NCBI GenBank assembly: GCA_040390065.1
Contig: JAZJZE010000009.1
Coordinates: forward strand, 520,556-584,555
DNA: 64,000 nucleotides
Source of the DNA: a bacterium
GTDB lineage: Archaea; Thermoplasmatota; E2; JACPAO01; JAHFTW01
Direction: 5' to 3'
The notes under the pieces were generated by a model, which was not told the DNA's origin, made no database searches, and was given only the letters and a program-made list of their open reading frames with translations. Positions 52,449-60,267 of this stretch are shown one piece after another (the first letter of the stretch is position 1; every line of letters starts with the position of its first letter). Made by a program: the position numbers and the translations under genes.

Positions 52449-54107
52449 TCACTCGCGGTTGCCCTTGAAGCCCTCGCTCCAGAACACCATGACGAGGATC
52501 CATGCGACCAGGATGGCTCCGGCGCCGAAGAGGAATTGGCCGACGCGCGCCGACGGCGCCGCCGACGAGTAGACGAGGGCGAGGCCGAGGACCAGCGCGG
52601 CGGCCATGATCGTGAACCCGGTCTTGAGGATACCGCGGCCTTGCGCTGACTTGATGCCCTCGAGGCCCGCGACCTCGACGCGCGTCGTGAGTTCGTTGCG
52701 CTCGATCTTGCGCAGTACCGTGTTGAGGGTGTGCGGCAACGTCCGGCCGAACTTGAGAAGCTCTGTCAGCGCCTCCTGCACCATCTCCTTCTGCGCGCCC
52801 GGGCTGGAGATGTTCTTCCAGGCGACGTCGGCCACGAACGGGTCGAGGACCTCCACGAGCTCGAAGTCGGGGTCGAGGGTTCGGCAGATGCCCTCGAACT
52901 GGAACAGCGCCCGCGTGATGAGCGCGAAGTCCGGGGGCAGGAGCATGCGGTGGCTGCGCGCCAGGCCCACGATGAGGTCCATGAGGACCGGGTCGGCCAC
53001 CGAGACCTGCTCCCGGTCGATGTAGTCCATGATGCGCTCGACGTCGGCGCGCAACCGCTTGGAATCGACTTCCGCCCGCTGGTCGCAAAGGTCGAGGATG
53101 GCTTCGACGGTCCCTTCCACGTGGCCGCCGCCCAACGCCGTGATGAGTTGCAAGATCGTCTTCGCGCGGCGCTCCGAGACGATGCCGACGGCGCCGAAAT
53201 CGAGGAAGGCGACGACGTTCCCGGGCAGGATGAGGATGTTGCCCGGCGACGGGTCCGCGTGGAAGACGCGGTCCACGAAGATCTGCTTCGCCATGGATTC
53301 CGTGAGAATGCGCGCCACACTCGGCCCGTCGACGCGCGACAGGGCAAGGGGCCCGGTGAGCTTCACGCCGTCCATGAACTCCATCACGAGGACCCGCTTG
53401 CTGCACAGCTCAGGGACGACTTCCGGGATGCGGACCTTGCTGTTGCCACGACAGTTGTCCGCAATGCGCTGCGTGTTGCGCATCTCGTAGCGGTAGTCCA
53501 GTTCGCGCTCCATCATGAGGCGCAGCTCCTCCAGGTGGTCGGATGGTTGCCAGACCCGCGAGCCGGCGAAGGTCTTCTCCACGAAGGTGACCAGCCTCCG
53601 GAGAATGCGGAAGTCGGCCTCCATCTCCTCCTCGATGTCCGAGTGCTGCACCTTCACCGCGACGCGGCGTCCGTCCCGGAGTGTCGCCTCGTGGACTTGC
53701 CCGATGGACGCGCTCGCGATGGGAACGGGGTTGAATGCGGCGAAAACCTCGCTCGCGTCGCGGCCCAACTCGGCGCGGATGATGCGGGCCACCTCGTTTG
53801 GCGACGTGGCCGGCGCCTGGTCGTACAGCTTACGGAACTCCTCGACGTACTCCTTCTCCAGGAGATCGGGGCGCGTGGCCAGCAGTTGGCCGAGCTTGAT
53901 GAAGGTCGGGCCAAGTTGCTCGAGGAGCTTCCGGGTCCGCACCGGCGCGGGCTCCAGGTTCTCGGGCTGCGCCTTGCCGCGAAGGACCGTCGACAGGAGT
54001 CCCCACGCGTTGTTGCGAATCAGGATGGTGAGGATCTCGTTGAAGCGCGAACGACGGCGCCGCACGGCGAGGGCTTCCGCGACGGCTTCGGGCACGGTGT
54101 GGGCCAT
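52449..54107 (-). CDS. ubiB: ABC1/UbiB-family atypical protein kinase
   Basis: Within ORF 52449..54326. ATG 54107 gives MAHTVPEAV. LGPTFIKLGQLLATRPDLL, ASASIGQVHEA, VAVKVQH, HADPSPGNI and two C-terminal TM helices. Confidence 0.9.
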   Translation of the reverse strand: MAHTVPEAVAEALAVRRRRSRFNEILTILIRNNAWGLLSTVLRGKAQPENLEPAPVRTRKLLEQLGPTFIKLGQLLATRPDLLEKEYVEEFRKLYDQAPATSPNEVARIIRAELGRDASEVFAAFNPVPIASASIGQVHEATLRDGRRVAVKVQHSDIEEEMEADFRILRRLVTFVEKTFAGSRVWQPSDHLEELRLMMERELDYRYEMRNTQRIADNCRGNSKVRIPEVVPELCSKRVLVMEFMDGVKLTGPLALSRVDGPSVARILTESMAKQIFVDRVFHADPSPGNILILPGNVVAFLDFGAVGIVSERRAKTILQLITALGGGHVEGTVEAILDLCDQRAEVDSKRLRADVERIMDYIDREQVSVADPVLMDLIVGLARSHRMLLPPDFALITRALFQFEGICRTLDPDFELVEVLDPFVADVAWKNISSPGAQKEMVQEALTELLKFGRTLPHTLNTVLRKIERNELTTRVEVAGLEGIKSAQGRGILKTGFTIMAAALVLGLALVYSSAAPSARVGQFLFGAGAILVAWILVMVFWSEGFKGNRE

Positions 54108-54267
54108 GGCCTGCGTCGGTTTAAGAAAGAAGGGGGCGGCGCCCGCCCCGACTTCTCCACAGATTTCGCGGAATCGTCGGTCTGCATTCGGGCGAGCTCT
54201 TGCACGTCCTGCACGCACTCCGACTGGGAGCAGATTCCGCCGATTGACGTTCAGGCCTGCTCCGGTT

Positions 54268-54736
54268 CGAACCACCGAACGCACAGAACATACCGAACCG
54301 CCGGGGAACCTACGTGTCCAAGCCAACGAGCCATTCCCGTCGTCCTCCGACGGCGGCGACGTCGTGAAGGAATGGCAGGAGACTGGGGCGACGCCCGGTC
54401 AACCGACGCAACGGACGCAACCGACACCGACGAGCCCCCGGCCGGGGCGAGCGACTGCGCCGCGAAGCGCGCAGAGCGAGGGCGTGGCAAGCCGCGAGGC
54501 GAAGCCGCGGCGAGGGCCGCCGGGGGCCTGGGATTCATCTTGCTTGCAGGGCGTCGCTGAGTGTGGGAGGCCTCGGAAAACAGTGAACCACCCGAAACCA
54601 GGGAAACCCATGTCGTGTCTCCTGCCCTTTCATGTGGTTCACTGTTTTTCCAGGCTGCCCACACCCCACTATGCGGCCACCTCGTGCAAGTCGCCGGCGC
54701 CGCAGGATGATGTGGCCGGGAGGTGGTTGGTTTCGA
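54268..54736. repeat. Right copy of long inverted repeat (IR-R)
   Basis: See IR-L. It contains an internal palindrome, GGAAAACAGTGAACCAC (54575-54591) against GTGGTTCACTGTTTTTCC (54634-54651). Confidence 0.85.
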
Positions 54737-54789
54737 CCGACGGCTTCGGCGTCCCAACGCCCAGCCGGCCGAGGCTCCCCCTCCACCCG

Positions 54790-55720
54790 AAGCAAGTCTT
54801 ATCCAACCGGCTGCAAAGGAAGCACAGGAAGCGTGCAGCCGGGGCCGCACCCGTAGCGAGCTTTCCGGAAAATGCCCTTAATCCCCCGCCCATTCAGGGT
54901 GTTTGCCCGCGCAAGCGGGTAACGGTCATCGCGGTGGGAGGGGCTGGAAACGGCCTCCCCGACGCCCGAGGGTTCGGAGCAATCCGGATCCGCGGGCGCG
55001 CCGGGACCGGCGGGGTGCACTTCGGTGTTCTCCCCCGTCGGCGACGGCACTCGGCGTCCCGCAAGGGACGTCGCGGCACTGCGATGGATGGGCCGCCTTC
55101 GGGTGGTCCTTCGCCGTGCACCAACCGCACCATCGTCCTCCCTCGTGGAAGGCGGTGATGGGATCCAGTCGGGAAACCGGCCGGAGAACGACGCGCTTTG
55201 CAAGAAGCGTGATGCGGTGGATCGTCTGGCATTCGGGTCAGGCTGTTCTTCTGGCCGCAAGGTCGGGCCCCGCGGACTTGTTCCGTGGACGCCTCGGGTC
55301 ATCATCCGGGAAGATGCATGGGACTCTGCATCCGCCCCACACCAAACCAGGCATGCGTCTGAAGAGTTGCAGGCTTTCGGCAACGACGCGCTGCACGGCA
55401 AACCGCAAGGCAAGCCGACGGCATGACCTGATCCAAACGGGATTGCCCTTCGGGGCAAGCGGCCCGCCACTTCGGAAACGAAGAAGGGCCTAGGCGACCG
55501 AGTACGGTCCCGGAATGGATGCCGCCGACCCTCCGGGGAAGGCGACCGCGCATCGCAAGGTTCGCGGGGAACGGCAACCCGCAAGGGTGGCCGTGGCGTG
55601 GCGCCGCAAGGCGTCGGAACTGGCTTCGGCCAGACTGGCAGGGGGTCCGGGCAAGGTCAAGCCCGATCCGGGAAACCGCAAGGCGACCCGGGTCTCCGCT
55701 TGCGTGGGCAACCTCTTCTC
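54790..55720 (+). ncRNA. Candidate large structured RNA (~930 nt) of unrecognised class
   Basis: No credible ORF in any frame. At least 13 local hairpins are capped by GCAA (8), UUCG (4) or GAAA (1) loops when read on the plus strand. Nine stem positions are G-U on plus and would be C-A on minus. Boundaries are approximate. It ends in the pyrimidine run CTCTTCTCTCT. Confidence 0.5.
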
Positions 55721-55721
55721 T

Positions 55722-56963
55722 CTAGGCCGCGGCCATTCGGTAGACCGCGCCGCCGTGGTCGACGACGTAGATGTCGCGCTGGGCGTCTTCGCCGAACGAG
55801 CTGACCTGCAGAGCCGTTTCGAGCACGACGCGCGGCGTCCAGGTCGTGCCGGCTTTCGTCAAGGCCCAGATTGTTCCCGAGCAGTAGTCGGCGTACAGAT
55901 ACGCGCCGGCGAGGGCCGGCACCGTCGAACCACGGTACACGTACCCGCCCGTGATAGAGCAGCGCCCGCCGTCGTGACTGTACTCGGCGACCGGCAGGAC
56001 CGCGCTCGACGCGTCGACGTCGTCGCGGAATGGATGCGCGCCCTCGAATGCGTTCCAGCCGTAGTTGGTGCCGCCGCGGCCGGGCTGTTCCAGGTCGACT
56101 TCCTCCCATTGGTTCTGGCCGACGTCGCCAATCCACAAGTCGCCGGTCTGCGCGTCGAAGCTGAAGCGCCAAGGATTGCGCATGCCGTAATCCCAGATCT
56201 CACCGCGGCCCCCGCCGTTGGCAAACGGATTGTCGCTGGGGATACGCGGCACGGTTCCCGCATGGGCGTCGCCCGGTGGCCCGATGTCAATGCGCAGGAT
56301 TTTTCCCAGAAGCGTGTCGAGGTCCTGGCCGTTGCCTTGCGGGTCGCCCCCGGATCCGCCGTCGCCCATGCCGACGTAGAGCATGCCGTCCGGTCCAAAG
56401 GCGACCATGCCGCCGTTGTGGTTGGCGTACGGCTGCGCGATGGACAGGAGTGTGCGCGTCTTCACGGGGCCGACCGTCCCGCCAGCGAGCCCCCCGACCA
56501 TCTGGTACTCGACCACCTGAGTGTCGCCGCGCAAGTCGGTGTAGTCCACGACGAAGCGAGCATCGCCGGTTGCGAAACGTGGATGGAAGGCAAGACCCAG
56601 CAGACCCTGCTCGGCGCCGCCGCTCACTTGTCCCCGCAAGTCCAGGAAGTGCTGCGTCGCGCCGGGCGTGGCACGCGGCATCGAGACGACGAGGCCGTCC
56701 TGCTGGACGATGTAGAGCGTCCCGGACCCGGGGGCTTCCGTGACGAAGAGGGGCTGCGAGAGTCCGTCGATGATTTGGACGAGCTTCATGACGGGGCCGC
56801 CGCCTGGGAGGGACGACGTGGGAGTGGACGAGGACGCCGCGCCGCCGCTCGACCCGTACGGGCCGCCGTTGCATCCCGCGAGGGCGACCGCTGCCAGGAC
56901 GACGAGGACGCGCACGACGGCGCAGCGATCGACGCGGGTTTGGCCCTTGCGGCTCGGCCCCAC
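55722..56963 (-). CDS. PQQ-dependent sugar (glucose/sorbosone) dehydrogenase-like beta-propeller lipoprotein
   Basis: ORF of 413 aa. Lipobox LAGCNGG, then GLLGLAFHP, NHNGGMVAFGPDGMLYVGMGDGG, RNPWRFSFD and WIGDVGQNQWEE. GTG 56915 is an alternative start. The annotated start lies inside a duplicated coxII 3' fragment. Confidence 0.85.
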   Translation of the reverse strand: MGPSRKGQTRVDRCAVVRVLVVLAAVALAGCNGGPYGSSGGAASSSTPTSSLPGGGPVMKLVQIIDGLSQPLFVTEAPGSGTLYIVQQDGLVVSMPRATPGATQHFLDLRGQVSGGAEQGLLGLAFHPRFATGDARFVVDYTDLRGDTQVVEYQMVGGLAGGTVGPVKTRTLLSIAQPYANHNGGMVAFGPDGMLYVGMGDGGSGGDPQGNGQDLDTLLGKILRIDIGPPGDAHAGTVPRIPSDNPFANGGGRGEIWDYGMRNPWRFSFDAQTGDLWIGDVGQNQWEEVDLEQPGRGGTNYGWNAFEGAHPFRDDVDASSAVLPVAEYSHDGGRCSITGGYVYRGSTVPALAGAYLYADYCSGTIWALTKAGTTWTPRVVLETALQVSSFGEDAQRDIYVVDHGGAVYRMAAA

Positions 56964-57025
56964 AGCCCTACGAAATCGTCACGGTGCCATGCATTCCCGC
57001 ATCGAAGTGCCCGGTGATGTTGCAC
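56952..57025. repeat. 74-bp direct repeat, copy 1 (copy 2 is 57101-57174)
   Basis: The copies differ at 2 positions and are offset by 149 bp. Copy 2 is the genuine 3' end of coxB plus 16 nt of flank. Confidence 0.9.
56968..57025 (-). pseudogene. Orphan duplicate of the last 18 codons plus stop of coxB
   Basis: It translates to CNITGHFDAGMHGTVTIS*, identical to the CoxII C-terminus, with no upstream coxB sequence. Confidence 0.75.
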
Positions 57026-57116
57026 GCACGAGGGGGGCTGCCGCTGCGGCGTCCGCCGCAGCTCCGCCCCCTTCGAACCCCCCGCGTGGGGCCTCGCCGC
57101 GCTCGGCCCCACAGCC

Positions 57117-58493
57117 CTACGAAATCGTCACGGTGCCGTGCATGCCCGCATCGAAGTGCCCGGTGATGTTGCACCACATCTCCCAGTTGCCCTTCATGTC
57201 CGCCGTGGGCACGAAGAGGAATGAGCCGGTCGAGCCGCCCGCAATCGTCGCCGAGCTGGCAAGCACGTTGCCGCCGTGGGTGCCGATGTACAGGTTGTGC
57301 GGAATCGTGTGCACGTCCTTCAGGGTCACGAGGTACGTCTTGCCGACCGTGAAGTCAACGTGGTCCGGGATGAGACGGAACTCGCCCAGGCGGACCTCGG
57401 TGAGTTCCGCGTGGACGATGTTGAACGTGACGTGCGCCACATGGCCCGCGGACTGGACGCCTAGGACGGGCGAGCCCGATGGTGGAACGTCGACCGCGAA
57501 GAACGCTTGGCCACCTGCAGGCACGCTGTTTGGACCGGCACCTGCCAGAGTAGCCGACGGGAACGGCTGGTCGTTCCACGTGATGTTGGCCGGCTGGGCC
57601 GTCGGGTTCGTCACGTTCAGGATGATGCGCGCGCCACTCACCACCGTCTGGTCGCCCGTCAAGGAAAGGCCGGTAGCCGTGATCGTGGCGTCGTAGTCCA
57701 TGACGACGGAGGCGGCGGGCTCCATGGCCTGCAGCTGGTGGTGCAGAAGCCACATGTCGTACATGGGACGCGGCACCGACTTGATGGCGGCGTGCATGTA
57801 GGCGTGGCCCGGATTGAGGCACATCTTGTTGCACTGCACCAGGTAGTCGCCCTCGGGGAGGCTTACCGTTTGATCGTTGTACTTGTTCGCCCCAAGCGGG
57901 TTGGCGTCGACGAACATGACGTAGGCGCGGTTGGCGTCCAGCACTTGCCAGGCGTGGATGACGTCTGCCGACGTGATGTTGAATCGGATGGGCTCGTCCC
58001 GCGGCACCCAGAACGTGTTGGCCGCAGACACCGGGCCGCCCGTGAGGTCGGCCGGGGATTCGACGCGCACGTTGTGGCCGTAGTCCGCCTCCCAGTTCCA
58101 TTGGCTGGCCGTGATGCGGATCTCGATGTGCACGTCCTTCGGGTCGATGCCGTGGTCGAGCTGGACGAGGCCGCCATAGGCCGCGTAGCCGATCCACAGC
58201 ACCATGATGAGAGGGATGACGACCCAGGTGATCTCTGCATTCAAGTTGTGGCGCTCCTTCTCATGCGTCGCGCGGCCGTGGCCCGACCCTTCGCGGAACC
58301 GCACGATGACGACGACGAGCCACACGAAGACGATGGTGAAGACGATCGTGCCAAGCAGCGCGATGGTGTTGTACAGGCCCTCGACGAGCTGGCCGCGCGA
58401 GGTCAAGGCATGGGGCATGCCGAAGCCGGCCGACGCCGGCGCCGCCAGGAAGGCCACAAGGAGACTCAGGAGGGCGGGGAAAAGCTTGCGCAT
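57117..58493 (-). CDS. coxB: Cytochrome oxidase subunit II (CuA) fused to about 200 aa of extra cupredoxin-like domains ending in a type-1 copper site
   Basis: ORF of 458 aa. CuA ligands: H180 and C221-x3-C225-x4-H230-x2-M233 (VIHAW...QCNKMCLNPGHAYM). The C-terminal site is HTIPHN...WCNITGHFDAGMHG (C-x4-H-x4-M). Confidence 0.88.
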   Translation of the reverse strand: MRKLFPALLSLLVAFLAAPASAGFGMPHALTSRGQLVEGLYNTIALLGTIVFTIVFVWLVVVIVRFREGSGHGRATHEKERHNLNAEITWVVIPLIMVLWIGYAAYGGLVQLDHGIDPKDVHIEIRITASQWNWEADYGHNVRVESPADLTGGPVSAANTFWVPRDEPIRFNITSADVIHAWQVLDANRAYVMFVDANPLGANKYNDQTVSLPEGDYLVQCNKMCLNPGHAYMHAAIKSVPRPMYDMWLLHHQLQAMEPAASVVMDYDATITATGLSLTGDQTVVSGARIILNVTNPTAQPANITWNDQPFPSATLAGAGPNSVPAGGQAFFAVDVPPSGSPVLGVQSAGHVAHVTFNIVHAELTEVRLGEFRLIPDHVDFTVGKTYLVTLKDVHTIPHNLYIGTHGGNVLASSATIAGGSTGSFLFVPTADMKGNWEMWCNITGHFDAGMHGTVTIS

Positions 58494-58596
58494 GGCGCTT
58501 CGGGCGGCGCACGGGAGGGGGGTCCAAAAGCGTATGGTTCACTGCGCGCACGCCTGCGGCACTGCCGGGGAGTCAACACCGTTTTGAAGGTGTCCT

Positions 58597-60267
58597 GTGT
58601 CGCGGCACCCGACCATGTCCGCGGCCCAGTTCGTCCTCGGTGAATCCAGCCACCCCCGCAAGGGCCTGAAGCGCTGGCTGACGACCACGGACCACAAGGA
58701 AATCGGCATCATGTACCTCTGGGCCGGTTTCATCTTCTTCATCCTGGGCGGCATCGCGGCTCTCCTCATGCGCCTCGAGCTCTACCAGCCGGGGCTGCAG
58801 TACGTGACGGGCCAGCAGTTCAACGAGCTGTTCTCGCTGCACGGCACGACGATGGTGTTCTTGTGGATCATGCCGGCCCTGGCGGGGCTTGGCAACTACT
58901 TCGTGCCCATCATGATCAAGGCCAAGGACATGGCCTTCCCGCGCGTCAACGCCCTGTCGTTCTGGCTCATCCCGCCCGCCGGCCTGCTGCTGTACATCCC
59001 GCTGGTCCTCAAGGGCGTGGACTTCGTCAACGTCACGTGGGTCGGCTACCCGCCGCTCTCGACGGACCTCCCCGGCGTCGGCCTCGACATGTGGCTCTTC
59101 GCCCTCATCCTTCTCGGCATGGCCTCGACGATGGGCTCCGTCAACTTCCTGGTCACCATCTTCAAGATGCGCGGCCCCGGCGTGACACTGCACAACATGC
59201 CGCTCTTCGTCTGGGCGCAACTGGCGACATCGGTCCTGCTCGTCTTCTCGCTTCCCGTCGTCACCGTCGCCTTCGGCATGCTCCTCATGGACCGCGACTT
59301 CGGCACGCACTTCTTCAGCGGTGTTGCCTCGGGCGCCGAGCCGATCCTCTACCAGCACCTGTTCTGGTTCTTCGGCCACCCCGAAGTGTATGTTCTCATC
59401 ATTCCGCTGATGGGTGTGGTGAACGAGGTCATCCCGAAGTTCAGTCGCCGCCCCGTCTTCGGCTACACGTCGATGGCCTACGCCATGCTGGGCATCGCCA
59501 TCGTCGGATTCCTCGTCTGGGCCCACCACATGTTCACGACCGGCATCAACCCGACCGTGCGCGCCGTCTTCATGTTCAACACAATGCTGGTCGGCGTGCC
59601 GACAGGCATCAAGGTGTTCAACTGGCTCACGACCATGTGGGGCGGCCAGATTAGCTTGCGCGCTCCCATGAAGTACTGCCTGGGTTTCATCTGGCTGTTC
59701 GTGATCGGCGGCATCACGGGCGTCATGCTCGGCGCGATTCCCGTCGACTACGCCCTGCACGACTCGTACTTCGTCGTGGCGCACTTCCACTACACCATGG
59801 TGGGCGGCGCCGTCTTCGGCATCTTCGCGGGAATCTACTACTGGTTCCCCATCCTCACGAACGGCCGGATGTACAACGAGCGCATGGCCAATTGGCACTT
59901 CTGGCTCATGTTCATCGGCTTCAACATGACATTCTTCCCGCAGTTCCTGCTCGGCCTCAACGGCATGCCGCGGCGTGTCGTGAACTACGACGATGTCGGC
60001 GACATGGTTCCGCTCAACCAGATCAGCACCATCGGGGCGTTCATGATCGGCCTCTCGGTCCTGATCTTCATCGTGAACTACTTCTACAGCATGGCGAAGA
60101 ACGTCCGCGTCACCACGGATCCGTGGGGGGGCGCGCGCCACATCGAGTGGAAACTGTGGGAGGAGGGCCGCGTCGTTCTAGGCCAGGGCCTCATCACGGA
60201 CCACGAGCCTGAGCCGCTTGCAGTGCAAGAGGCTCGCAAGGTCGCCCGCTTGGAGGCGCCGCTATGA
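58597..60267 (+). CDS. coxA: Haem-copper oxidase subunit I
   Basis: ORF of 556 aa with TTTDHKEIGIMYL, WFFGHPEVYVLIIP, VWAHHMF and 12 TM segments. Confidence 0.96.
   Translation: MSRHPTMSAAQFVLGESSHPRKGLKRWLTTTDHKEIGIMYLWAGFIFFILGGIAALLMRLELYQPGLQYVTGQQFNELFSLHGTTMVFLWIMPALAGLGNYFVPIMIKAKDMAFPRVNALSFWLIPPAGLLLYIPLVLKGVDFVNVTWVGYPPLSTDLPGVGLDMWLFALILLGMASTMGSVNFLVTIFKMRGPGVTLHNMPLFVWAQLATSVLLVFSLPVVTVAFGMLLMDRDFGTHFFSGVASGAEPILYQHLFWFFGHPEVYVLIIPLMGVVNEVIPKFSRRPVFGYTSMAYAMLGIAIVGFLVWAHHMFTTGINPTVRAVFMFNTMLVGVPTGIKVFNWLTTMWGGQISLRAPMKYCLGFIWLFVIGGITGVMLGAIPVDYALHDSYFVVAHFHYTMVGGAVFGIFAGIYYWFPILTNGRMYNERMANWHFWLMFIGFNMTFFPQFLLGLNGMPRRVVNYDDVGDMVPLNQISTIGAFMIGLSVLIFIVNYFYSMAKNVRVTTDPWGGARHIEWKLWEEGRVVLGQGLITDHEPEPLAVQEARKVARLEAPL

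Noticed and set aside
48320-54267. Mobile element or composite transposon delimited by the inverted repeats
   Set aside because: No transposase, integrase or recombinase gene lies inside or nearby. The cargo includes the housekeeping genes aspS and ubiB. I saw no direct target duplications flanking the repeats.
54261-54275. tRNA T-arm-like GGTTCGAACC
   Set aside because: No complementary T-stem, acceptor stem or anticodon arm can be drawn around it. It is part of the 9-mer array.
21831-54303. CRISPR array interpretation of the short tandem repeats
   Set aside because: The period is 9 bp with no spacers, there are only 3-4 units per locus, and there are no cas genes.
54790-55720. Identification of the structured region as RNase P RNA, SRP RNA, a group II intron or an rRNA fragment
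   Set aside because: I could not find GGAAAGUCC / ACAGAANCCGGCUUA-type RNase P blocks, a GNAR-loop helix 8 with the flanking AGCA/CAGG loops in proper context, a domain-V AGC hairpin, or 16S/23S universal motifs. The closest match is CCGA-GGGU-UCGG-AGCA at about 54963-54982, which is only suggestive. It is also too long for RNase P or SRP alone. A covariance-model search is still needed.
56968-57177. ORF 56968..57177 (69 aa) as a real gene
   Set aside because: Only its last 18 codons make sense, as a duplicate of the CoxII C-terminus. The rest is Arg-rich read-through of the spacer and of the coxB 3' end in another frame.
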